Assembly: GCA_022646745.1 (NCBI GenBank)
Contig: CP060262.1
Span: 1,170,001-1,202,000, forward strand
Direction of reading: 5' to 3'
DNA from: Planctomycetales bacterium
Lineage (GTDB): Bacteria > 4484-113 > JAFGCY01
DNA length: 32,000 nucleotides
Part shown: piece by piece, positions 6,924 to 14,658 of the stretch
Position numbering within the stretch: position 1 is the first letter of the stretch
Layout: the number at the start of each line of letters is the position of its first letter
The notes under the pieces: model-generated
Seen by the model: the letters and a program-made list of their open reading frames with translations, nothing else
Told to the model about the DNA's origin: nothing
Database searches by the model: none
Made by a program: the position numbers and the translations under genes

Positions 6924-8894
6924 TCAGTTCCCGATCAGGGTGCCAAGCGCCAGCTGCTCGATGCGGCGGAACACCGTACCCTCGCCCTCGTTGCGGTCCA
7001 GCGCGGAAGCCAGTGAGATGGCCGCCTTGCTGTCCGCCAGCTCGGCGGTGACGATCTGGCCCGGCTTCTCACCCTCATAGGCCAGCGAGCTGAGCACCAG
7101 CAGCACCACGTCGTGGCGGCCCTCGATCAGCGGCAGCTTGATGTAGTGCGTCACGCTCATGCCGCTCAGGAAGTCGCCGAGCAGGCCATGCTGCTGCAGC
7201 AGCACCAGAAGCTCGGGCTCGACGAACACGCCGAGGCGGCCACCTGGGTTGAGCAGCTTGATGGACTGGTCGAGGTAGTTCGCCGCCAGGTTAGCGTCGT
7301 GGGCGAAGATGAAGTTGCCGAGGATCACGTCGAAGCGGTTCGGGATGTCGTTGTCATCATTGGCCGCCTGGTTGAACACCTCGGGCAGCTCGCTGAAGAA
7401 ATCCTTGCTGACGATGTAGGTGTCGTCAAAGCCGCTCACGCGGCAGTTGATGCGGGCAGCAAGCGCCAGCACCTTGTCGGCCTCGATACCGGTGTAGCGG
7501 TAGTTGATGAAGTGGTCGATCAGGTCCATCTGGCTGACGATGAAGCGGTCACGCGCCTTCTCGATCAGCGACTTCTCCGTCTGGGCCAGGCGGAAGCGCT
7601 GTCCATCGGGCTGCACCACCTCGATGTTCGAACCGTCATCCACGAGCGCCCAGGCGGCGTTCTCAAGGCGGTTCATCATCCAGCGCAGCATCTCCGTGGT
7701 CATGTTGCCCTCGAGGCAGGCCGGGTGCAGCGTGTTGTCATTGATGCCCGGCTTGAGGATGGTCACCAGCAGGCGGTAAAACTCATTGGGGATCAACACC
7801 CGGTCACGGGTGTAGTTGATGTATTTGATGCGCAGGATGTCGTTGATCTTCTTGACGGACAGAGGCGCATTCACGATGCTGTCCTCGTTGACACCGACAG
7901 CCACGGTATCGTGCTCCAGCAGCTGGTCGATGAACTGCTGGATCTCCTCACGCTCACGCGGTGACAGGCCGCGCTCCTTGGATGAGCTGTCGAGGTACTG
8001 GAAGCTGTTGATGCGGTCCTCTTCAATGCCGGCATCCTGCATCATGCGGTTCATGCGGGCTGCAAGGTCCTCCGGACGGGCCGTGTCCTCACGCTGCTCG
8101 AGCACTTCCATCGCCTGCTTCTTGAGCGCCTTCTTCAGGCGGCTCTTGCCAGTCTGCAGCTCGCTTGCGCTGCGCTTCTCGTCGGTCTTGAATGCACTCT
8201 GGGCGTCGAGGAAGCTGCCCTCCAGCAGGCTGTCGATGTCCTCGCTCTTCTCGGGCACGGCCATCACGGCACTGCTCTTGACCTTCTCCTCCTCGCGGGC
8301 CTTCATCAGCTCCTTCAGGAACCAGTTCTTGCGATCCTGGCCGAAGCGCTTCTTGTTGTCGCCCTTGAGGTTGAGGATCACCTTGTCCTCGGCCACCTTG
8401 GCCTTTTCAACTACGGCCTTCATCAATTCCTTTTCAGATAAACCATTTGGATGGTTTCTAAGTACTTCCTCGGCGATGTCGTTGCAGAGCACCCAGTCCT
8501 TCATGCCCCACCAGCTCTTCTGCTTGACGAGGCCAGGCGCCTTCTCCAGGTCGACCACGACGGTGTTGACCTTCCAGCCGAGCTTGCGGGCAATGCGGGA
8601 GCGCACATCGCGCTCATACATCTGGGCCTGCTCCTCGCGCATCACCTGCTCAAGCACGCTGTACTCAGGCATCTTGTCGTTGATGGTCTCCCACTTGCCG
8701 TCCTTCGTCTCCTTGAAGTAGGGCTGGCTCCTCAGCACCGGCAGCACATAGCGCTCCTTGGCGCGCTCAATATCAACCGGGTGGATCATTTCGGCATTGA
8801 CCGCGGCGGCGATGTCGTCGAGCGCGGCGGGCTGGTTCTCGAACACGAAGCGGCGGATCACATCCACATTGCTCAGCACAGACTTGGTTGCCAT
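6924..8894 (-). CDS. Two N-terminal HARE-HTH-like winged-helix modules, a charged linker and a C-terminal HsdM-like N6-adenine methyltransferase fold with degenerate catalytic motifs
   Basis: 656-aa ORF with AAAGGAA upstream of the ATG. The MTase-like order is LIPNEFYRLLVTILKP (cf. FYTP..V..LMV.LL.P), HPACLEG (cf. DPACGSG, nt ~7707-7727), GIEADKVLALAARIN (cf. GiEid..a..lA..N), FDVILGNFIF (cf. fDvvlaNPPF, nt ~7305-7319), LLNPGGRLGVFV and HYIKLPL. The N-terminus has two A..vL...p..l...EL......-...RF...w.L-type segments. Confidence 0.85.
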   Translation of the reverse strand: MATKSVLSNVDVIRRFVFENQPAALDDIAAAVNAEMIHPVDIERAKERYVLPVLRSQPYFKETKDGKWETINDKMPEYSVLEQVMREEQAQMYERDVRSRIARKLGWKVNTVVVDLEKAPGLVKQKSWWGMKDWVLCNDIAEEVLRNHPNGLSEKELMKAVVEKAKVAEDKVILNLKGDNKKRFGQDRKNWFLKELMKAREEEKVKSSAVMAVPEKSEDIDSLLEGSFLDAQSAFKTDEKRSASELQTGKSRLKKALKKQAMEVLEQREDTARPEDLAARMNRMMQDAGIEEDRINSFQYLDSSSKERGLSPREREEIQQFIDQLLEHDTVAVGVNEDSIVNAPLSVKKINDILRIKYINYTRDRVLIPNEFYRLLVTILKPGINDNTLHPACLEGNMTTEMLRWMMNRLENAAWALVDDGSNIEVVQPDGQRFRLAQTEKSLIEKARDRFIVSQMDLIDHFINYRYTGIEADKVLALAARINCRVSGFDDTYIVSKDFFSELPEVFNQAANDDNDIPNRFDVILGNFIFAHDANLAANYLDQSIKLLNPGGRLGVFVEPELLVLLQQHGLLGDFLSGMSVTHYIKLPLIEGRHDVVLLVLSSLAYEGEKPGQIVTAELADSKAAISLASALDRNEGEGTVFRRIEQLALGTLIGN

Positions 8895-8998
8895 CGTTTT
8901 CCGTTCCTTTCTGCTCGCAGGCCCGATCCGTGGACCGGGCCATTGAATAGTCTTTTATGCGCGCGCAAGCGCGTCCCCCGAGGGGGAACCTCTACATA

Positions 8999-9027
8999 AT
9001 TGTAGTACATATTACGTATGATGTGAA
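8999..9027 (-). promoter_or_regulatory. Sigma70-like promoter for the 6924..8894 gene
   Basis: On the minus strand: TTCACA (9027..9022), a 17-nt spacer, then TACAAT (9004..8999). The predicted leader of about 100 nt contains GC-rich hairpins (UCCCCC/GGGGGA, GCGC runs, GGCCCG..CGGGCC) before the RBS. Confidence 0.4.
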
Positions 9028-9168
9028 GAATGGAGCTACCCGCTTCAGCGGTAGTTGGAGGTGCAGCGCAAGTCGCACAGCGTAAACCAATCCCTGTATC
9101 GCTGTTAGCTCGTTGTACTTGGGTGGCAACGAGAGTATTAAACCTTTCCACTGCCCATTGATTAATGG

Positions 9169-10446
9169 CTACTCTTCCTCTTGCCAGTCAGTATGCTCGA
9201 CTTCCCGCAGCATTGCCAGCGTCTCATCCGCTATCCGGTTCAGGCCCTGGTTGCCAAGCGTGCTGAAGATGATCATCGTCTCCCCGCTTTCCGGGTCGAA
9301 GCGCCACAGAGAGCGGTTGCCGGGTGTCGTGCCATTGTGGCCGTACATCCAGTGCTCTCCATCAAAGCGCCTGGCGATTCCCAGTCCGTAGGAGTAAGGT
9401 TCGGAATGTGCCGTGCTGCCGGTGTCAATGAACTCGTATAGCTGCTCCAGCTGCCCGGCCGTCAGGAAGCCTTCGCCATTGCGCTCGTAATGAATGCTCC
9501 AGTCCTGTCTGATGTCGAGCCCATGCAGGGCGGTGGCGCACTCGATGCCCTCCTGCTTCATCCGCCAGGGGCCGCTTATTGCATCACTGAACTTCAGCAG
9601 GTCAGAGCCGGTGCAGCGGATGCCTCCAGCGGCGCGGCCCATGCCCGGCATGTCCCAGCCTGTGATGTCCAGCAGCTGCCCGTTGACAGTGATGTGCGCC
9701 GGCACCGCATGGCAACCGGCCGGCACTTCCCATAGGCTGATGTTATCCAGGCCAATCGGGTCCAGCACGTATTCCTGCAGCAGTTCGTCATAGTCCCGCC
9801 CGGTGGCGCGCTCCATTGCCAGCGCCGCCAGCCAGAAGTTCGCATTGCTGTACAGGTAGCCCTGGCCCGGTTCGAATTCCAGTGGGCGGTTTGCCACCGT
9901 TGCCAGCAGTGCATCGTGGCCCAGGCGTGGCTGCGGCCCGAGCATCAGCCGCACCACCGGTACAAGCGGGGCATAGTCCTCCGGATCACCCAGCTGGTAG
10001 GGCAGTCCGCTCCTGTGGTGCATCAGCGTGCGCAGGCTTGTGTCCGCGAGTCGTGCCTGCGTGAAGATGTCGTCAATTTCCGGCACGTAACTTGATACAG
10101 GCTCGTCTAGCTCAATCAGTCCGGCTTCCTGCAGCTCCAGCGCCAGCACCGCCGTGTAGGTCTTTGTGATGCTGCCGACCGGCCAGACGGACTGTGGCTG
10201 CTTGTCAATCTCCCCATGCTGCATGCCCATGACCATCAGGCCACTGGCCCCACGGTAGTAAAGCACGGCCTGTGGAATCCCCGCTTCCCCGCAAAGCACA
10301 TCAAAACGCTGCTGTGCGTCCTGGGCCAAGCGTTCAAAGCCAAGCTGAAAGGGTGACTTCCCGGCATCCTCATCCTGCGCAAATGCCGGGCACAGACCTG
10401 CCAGCACAAGCATCAAGAGGATTGCCAATCGCCTTGACAGCCTCAC
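9169..10446 (-). CDS. Secreted serine hydrolase of the beta-lactamase/PBP (class C-like) family
   Basis: 425-aa ORF with a signal peptide (MRLSRRLAILLMLVLAGLCPAFAQ), SxxK (SITK), YxN (YSN) and an HxG (HNG) third motif. Confidence 0.9.
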   Translation of the reverse strand: MRLSRRLAILLMLVLAGLCPAFAQDEDAGKSPFQLGFERLAQDAQQRFDVLCGEAGIPQAVLYYRGASGLMVMGMQHGEIDKQPQSVWPVGSITKTYTAVLALELQEAGLIELDEPVSSYVPEIDDIFTQARLADTSLRTLMHHRSGLPYQLGDPEDYAPLVPVVRLMLGPQPRLGHDALLATVANRPLEFEPGQGYLYSNANFWLAALAMERATGRDYDELLQEYVLDPIGLDNISLWEVPAGCHAVPAHITVNGQLLDITGWDMPGMGRAAGGIRCTGSDLLKFSDAISGPWRMKQEGIECATALHGLDIRQDWSIHYERNGEGFLTAGQLEQLYEFIDTGSTAHSEPYSYGLGIARRFDGEHWMYGHNGTTPGNRSLWRFDPESGETMIIFSTLGNQGLNRIADETLAMLREVEHTDWQEEE

Positions 10447-10796
10447 CGTTCTTCCCCCTGCCTTGGAATATGACCCAGTTCCTGCAGTTCCAGCACAAGC
10501 AGGTGGTCCATGAACATCGGGCCGTGGAAACTGATATGCCCCTCCACTTCACTTACCTGAATGTCCTCGAAGTAGTGCCGGTAGACGCTGTCAATCTCAT
10601 ACTTGAGCGGCTCGGAGGAGAAGCTGGCCTGGGTCCAGTGCACCCGGCCGCTGTCCTGGAAGCGCGCGCGCATCATAGACTCGCAGATCTCGCGGCCGTC
10701 CGGGTTCTCCTGGCGGATCGTGCCGTCCTTCAGGATGCGGCGGAACTCGATTGCCTTCGCCTCGATTAGCAGCGCGCTGACTTCGTAGAACATCAA
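10443..10796 (-). CDS. Hypothetical protein, translationally coupled to the serine hydrolase gene
   Basis: 117-aa ORF whose stop overlaps the downstream start by 4 nt. Its composition is coding-like. I recognise no family. Confidence 0.6.
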   Translation of the reverse strand: MMFYEVSALLIEAKAIEFRRILKDGTIRQENPDGREICESMMRARFQDSGRVHWTQASFSSEPLKYEIDSVYRHYFEDIQVSEVEGHISFHGPMFMDHLLVLELQELGHIPRQGEER

Positions 10797-10814
10797 CTAA
10801 ATAGTAAGGCAGAG

Positions 10815-10889
10815 AGCAGAAAGCAGGCAGCAGACTCGGTATGTGTTCATAGCGGTCTGCTTTCAGCTCCCTGTTCCCTGCTTTCTGCT
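10815..10889. repeat. Nested inverted repeat in a divergent promoter region
   Basis: AGCAGAAAGCAGG (10815-10827) is the perfect reverse complement of CCTGCTTTCTGCT (10877-10889). The inner pair is AGCAGAC (10829-10835) / GTCTGCT (10855-10861). It ends 13 nt before the acylphosphatase ATG. Confidence 0.5.
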
Positions 10890-10902
10890 ATATGATTCTG
10901 TC

Positions 10903-11187
10903 ATGGCTGGGCCAATCAGCATCCGGGTGACCGTCACCGGCAAGGTGCAGGGCGTGTTCTATCGCGCAACGGTGCGTGACTGGGCGGCGGAGCTGAAGAT
11001 CCATGGCTGGGTTAAGAATGAACCGGATGGTTCAGTTGTAGCCGTAATCCAGCATATGCGCCAGCCGGTGCTTGATGAAATGCTGAAGCGAATGTGGCAG
11101 GGGCCGAAGGGGGCGCTGGTGCTCAAGTTGCACAGCGAAAAGCTGGAGAACCACCTACAGTACAGCGAATTCTCAATCCTGCGCTGA
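10903..11187 (+). CDS. acyP: Acylphosphatase
   Basis: VTGKVQGVFYRATVRDWAAELKIHGWVKNEPDGSVVAV matches the acylphosphatase signatures (V.G.VQGV.FR and GWV.N..DGSV). I chose the internal ATG at 10903 (MAGPISIRV) because the hydrophobic extension from 10843 is uncharacteristic of the family. Confidence 0.88.
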   Translation: MAGPISIRVTVTGKVQGVFYRATVRDWAAELKIHGWVKNEPDGSVVAVIQHMRQPVLDEMLKRMWQGPKGALVLKLHSEKLENHLQYSEFSILR

Positions 11188-11213
11188 ATGGAGACGATTA
11201 GCTTTTATGCTAA

Positions 11214-11990
11214 TCAGCTACCCAGGCGGGCAATCTCCCGGTAGATCCAATCGTGGCAGCGTTCATGCGCCTCGAGGTGCCTGTGCCAGTTCTCCAGCGG
11301 AATCAGATCCGCCTCCAGGCAAAGCTGCCAGATCGCTCCATCAATCCGCTGCCAGTCTGCATAGGTGCTGGCTGAGCCAAGCAGTTCAGCCAGCTGGTCA
11401 GCCGTGCCCCGCTGTTCCAGCAAAGCCAGGCTGAGCTGGCGGAATCGCAATCCAAACGCACCTTCCGGTTTGTTTTCAAAGGACCTTGCCAGGCAGCAGG
11501 CATGCATCGCCAGTGCATGGTCCCGACGCAGTAGTGCCTCAGTAAGCATTGCATCCAGCAGCAGGCTGTCCGGTCCATCCTCAAGTACCAGTTCCCGGCG
11601 GATTGCCAGCGGGTCAATGCTGCCACGCGCAATCAGGCCGGCCTGCAGCATCTGCAATGCGGCGATGTACCGCACCCGAGCCGTGGCAGCTAGCAGGTTC
11701 GGGGTGCTCACGCTCAGCCGCGCGCAGCCTTCGTCCAGCAATTTCCAAGCCTGCCGCGCATCATGCGGTGAGCAGAGGTAAAGCGCGGCGAAGATGTCCA
11801 GCAGCTGCAGCTCAAGCTGGAAGCGTGTTGCTTCATCGCCGGCGGGCATCCCGCGCAGCAGTTCCGCGGCCTGCAGGCGCAGCTCGCCGAATGCGGTCGG
11901 GTCCGGGAGTTCGAGCAACTCGTGTAATTGCTTGCAGAGCAGGATCCAGCCAGCCATGCTGGCCTGCCCCGTGGTCACTTTCTGGTTCAT
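11214..11990 (-). CDS. Hypothetical all-alpha protein
   Basis: 258-aa ORF with coding-like composition, convergent with acyP. I recognise no motif. Confidence 0.65.
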   Translation of the reverse strand: MNQKVTTGQASMAGWILLCKQLHELLELPDPTAFGELRLQAAELLRGMPAGDEATRFQLELQLLDIFAALYLCSPHDARQAWKLLDEGCARLSVSTPNLLAATARVRYIAALQMLQAGLIARGSIDPLAIRRELVLEDGPDSLLLDAMLTEALLRRDHALAMHACCLARSFENKPEGAFGLRFRQLSLALLEQRGTADQLAELLGSASTYADWQRIDGAIWQLCLEADLIPLENWHRHLEAHERCHDWIYREIARLGS

Positions 11991-12212
11991 GTAATGGGAA
12001 AAGTAAATGGTTTATTTGCGTGCCGATGCGTGTCCCAAGCCATTATGCCATTTCTGCGCTCCTCTGTGTGTGGCCAGACGCGCGAAATCCGGTACATATT
12101 GCCTGGGGTCACCGGCTCCAGCCGGTTGCGTGTCATATCAGGGGACGCTGTCCTGCTATATTGGTTACCTCAGGGGGATTCATGGAACACTTCAAGATTG
12201 CGGGGCTAGTTG

Positions 12213-12842
12213 ATGGCTGAGCAACAACGCTGTCCAGCCTGCGGTGGCCAGGCCACTGTCCGGCTCGGGGAACTGAGCTGCCCGAGCTGTGGCCACAGCC
12301 AGATGCTTATCCCGGAACAGCTGCCTTCGCGCCGCACTTACCAGCAGCGCTCCCCCACCGGGCAATTCGGTACGAAGGCCGGTGAGGATCCACTGGTACG
12401 TGGTAGCACCGGCGAGGACAGCCCCGGCCAGCTGTGGCGCCTGAAGGCCGGGCGCAGCGGCCGGATCAATGTCAACTATGGCAGCAATGCCCCGTCCGTG
12501 ACTGAGCTCGGCGCTTTCCTGGCCTGCTTCTTCGGCACAACGATCCTGATGCAGGTCGCGGTCAGCTCGCTGTTCGGCGTCGGCGGTATCGGGCTCGGTT
12601 CGATCCTCAGCGCAGCCTTCATGACCGGCGTGCTGGCCTTCACCTTCTCGCAGCAGATCGCCTGCCTGAAGGGCTTCTTCATGCTGATCTCCTTCATGAT
12701 TGCCATCATGAGCCTGTACATGGCCTACAAGGCATTCAATGTTCACAACTGGATCAGCATGGCCTTCAGCTTCGTGGAGTTCGGCCTGAGCGGCTGGCTG
12801 TTTTCGATCCTCTACCGCCAGAACATCTACGAGGACCTCTGA
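12213..12842 (+). CDS. Zinc-ribbon N-terminus fused to a polytopic membrane domain, hypothetical
   Basis: CPACGG...CPSCGH is followed by a linker and about four hydrophobic helices (LGAFLACFFGTTILMQVAV, GSILSAAFMTGVLAFTF, GFFMLISFMIAIMSLYMAY, MAFSFVEFGLSGWLFSILY). I took ATG 12213, one codon inside the TTG of the ORF track. Confidence 0.7.
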   Translation: MAEQQRCPACGGQATVRLGELSCPSCGHSQMLIPEQLPSRRTYQQRSPTGQFGTKAGEDPLVRGSTGEDSPGQLWRLKAGRSGRINVNYGSNAPSVTELGAFLACFFGTTILMQVAVSSLFGVGGIGLGSILSAAFMTGVLAFTFSQQIACLKGFFMLISFMIAIMSLYMAYKAFNVHNWISMAFSFVEFGLSGWLFSILYRQNIYEDL

Positions 12843-12871
12843 GCAATGCCGCGCTCTGGCATAATCTGGCC

Positions 12872-13237
12872 ATGAACCGCAGACCAAGAGGCATCGCCCC
12901 GCGGATTGACATCGTCGTGCCGGACAGCTGGCATGCAATCTATGCCGTGGTGAAGCGCATCCCGAAGGGCAAGGTGGCGAGCTACGGCCAGGTGGCAATG
13001 CTCGCCGGATTGCCACGCGCCGCGCGCCTCGCCGGCACCGCCCTGTTCCACGGCCCGCCTGAGCTGGTCTCGAAGATCCCCTGGCAGCGGGTGGTGAATG
13101 CCGCCGGGCGGATTTCCTACAGCGAGGCCCGCAATGGCAGCGACCACCGCCAGCGCGAGTTGCTGGAAAAGGAAGGAATCGAATTCACAGCGGCCGGTGT
13201 GATCCGCATGAGCAAATACGGCTGGGATGGGAAATAG
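12872..13237 (+). CDS. Alkyltransferase-like (ATL) / MGMT-family DNA-binding protein lacking the acceptor cysteine
   Basis: VASYGQVAMLAGLPRAARLAGTAL...PWQRVVNAAGRIS matches the MGMT DNA-binding domain, with Trp in place of the PCHRV cysteine as in ATL proteins (S. pombe Atl1, E. coli YbaZ). It starts 29 nt after the preceding gene. Confidence 0.85.
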   Translation: MNRRPRGIAPRIDIVVPDSWHAIYAVVKRIPKGKVASYGQVAMLAGLPRAARLAGTALFHGPPELVSKIPWQRVVNAAGRISYSEARNGSDHRQRELLEKEGIEFTAAGVIRMSKYGWDGK

Positions 13238-13377
13238 GGACCTGGTACCAGGGACCTGGGACAAGGCGAACGGACAATAACAAATGTAACGGTTCATGCT
13301 CAATAAATAGGTAACGGCTCGATTGAACTATTCGCCGTTGATCTTCTTTGCTGATCCCCGGTCCCTGATCCCTGACA

Positions 13378-13396
13378 GAATTTCCTCCGGAAATTC
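13378..13396. promoter_or_regulatory. Palindrome GAATTTCC-TCC-GGAAATTC upstream of the sigma-like gene
   Basis: Perfect 8-bp inverted arms with a 3-bp spacer, about 50 nt upstream of ATG 13445. It is flanked by CAGAAT...ATTCTG. Confidence 0.35.
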
Positions 13397-13444
13397 CCGC
13401 GATTCTGTCGCATTTCTCCCCGTTTGCATGTCTGCTTATCTGAG

Positions 13445-14224
13445 ATGTTCTTCATCGCACGCCGCCGGCCCGAGCTGACTCCCCGCGAGATCCGTTGGCT
13501 CTTGCGCGAATCCGTGCAGGAAATGCACAGCCCGCGCTCACGCATCCGCATGGCCGGCCAGCGCCTCGACGAGCTGCGCATGCGGCTCAGGGGCCGGGAT
13601 GCACGCGACCCGCTGGTGGCGGAACTGTTCCGCGAATTCGCCGGCTGCATCACCCGCGAGCTGGCCGCACTCAGCAGCCTGCCGGCGCTTAAGCGCCTGA
13701 CCGACTCGCGTGAGGAATGTGAGGACGCCGCCGCCGCGGGGATCGCATCCCTGTGGCGCTACATGCTGCGCCACCACGGCACCGGCGACGAGCCATTGTT
13801 CCGCGACTGTGCCTGGGCCTATCTCGGGCGCTGCATCGTGAATGAGGCCCGGGACATGCTGCGCGCCAAGATTGAGCAGCGTGAGAATGAGCAGCAGCTG
13901 GAAGCGGCCAGCACACTGGCAGACATGGGCAGTGGCAGCGGGGCCGGCGGGCTGGAGGAGCTGTTCTTCTGGTGCCGGCTGGCCAGCTCAGGAGAGGCCC
14001 GCGGCCGCAACCGCGAAATCATCGTGCTGCGCCTGATGCAGCTCTGGCTGGCCGGAGAAGGCTACAACTGCCGGCTCGAGGAAGTGCGCCTCGTACTGGG
14101 GGAAATGGACATCGACATCCGCGAACATGCCCTGCGGCAGCAAGCCAACCGCTTGGTTGCAAGGATGCACAGCCGTATTCATGGAGAGCGGGAAGCCGTA
14201 TCCGGCCTGGAGGGCCAGGTATGA
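13445..14224 (+). CDS. Hypothetical regulator, possibly a divergent ECF-type sigma-factor-like protein
   Basis: AWAYLGRCIVNEARDMLR resembles the sigma70 region 2 motif (WL..IA.N...D..R). The C-terminal segment REIIVLRL...EVRLVLGEMDIDIREHALRQQANRLVARM is region-4-like. First in-frame ATG chosen (the track starts at TTG 13424). The family call is tentative. Confidence 0.55.
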   Translation: MFFIARRRPELTPREIRWLLRESVQEMHSPRSRIRMAGQRLDELRMRLRGRDARDPLVAELFREFAGCITRELAALSSLPALKRLTDSREECEDAAAAGIASLWRYMLRHHGTGDEPLFRDCAWAYLGRCIVNEARDMLRAKIEQRENEQQLEAASTLADMGSGSGAGGLEELFFWCRLASSGEARGRNREIIVLRLMQLWLAGEGYNCRLEEVRLVLGEMDIDIREHALRQQANRLVARMHSRIHGEREAVSGLEGQV

Positions 14225-14625
14225 ACTTGCAGAACCACGAATCATTGCGCGAGGCCCTGCCTCCGCTGGACAGCCAGGCCGGGCTGGAGGCCCGCCTGCT
14301 GCGCCTGATGGAAGTCACCCTGGCCCAGGAGCAGCGCAGCCGCTGCGAGCTGGACAACAGCCTGCGCCCCCTGAGCCCGCAGCAGCTCAGGCGCAATGCG
14401 GTGGCGGAACTGATGCTGCATGCCGAGGAAGGCTACTTCGACCACATGAACAGCCTCGTGAAGCGCTCGGCTATGTATACGGCCAGCATCGTGGCCTTCG
14501 CGCTGGGGATGATGCTGCTAAACGGCGGTCCACAGGACAGTGCCAACGGCCAGCGCCTCAAGCTCGGAAACACTGTTCCGGCCAAGCTGCACATGGCCAG
14601 TTCCGCCAACTGGAACATCGACTAA
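14221..14625 (+). CDS. Single-pass membrane protein, possible anti-sigma partner
   Basis: ATG 14221 overlaps the upstream TGA (ATGA coupling). The 134-aa product (MNLQNHESLREALPP...) has one hydrophobic helix (MYTASIVAFALGMMLLNG). It shares a frame with the longer track ORF 13972..14625, whose upstream part overlaps the previous gene. Confidence 0.5.
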   Translation: MNLQNHESLREALPPLDSQAGLEARLLRLMEVTLAQEQRSRCELDNSLRPLSPQQLRRNAVAELMLHAEEGYFDHMNSLVKRSAMYTASIVAFALGMMLLNGGPQDSANGQRLKLGNTVPAKLHMASSANWNID

Positions 14626-14658
14626 CTCAGGGAACAGGTAACTGGTTTCAGGTTCTCG

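Noticed and set aside
7113-8721. 283-aa and 301-aa + strand ORFs (7113..7964, 7816..8721)
   Set aside because: They are antisense to the 656-aa HARE-HTH/MTase-like gene, whose frame shows an ordered methyltransferase motif series.
11196-11215. GATTAGC-TTTTAT-GCTAATC hairpin between convergent acyP and the 11214..11990 gene as a bidirectional terminator
   Set aside because: The 7-bp stem is AT-rich and weak, overlaps the stop codon of the minus-strand gene, and has no flanking U-tract on either strand. Not enough for a terminator call.
12192-13016. 274-aa ORF on the - strand (and 12827..13303 -)
   Set aside because: It overlaps the zinc-ribbon membrane gene and the ATL gene, both of which have recognisable features. 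Its composition is Ala/Arg/Pro/Gly-rich.
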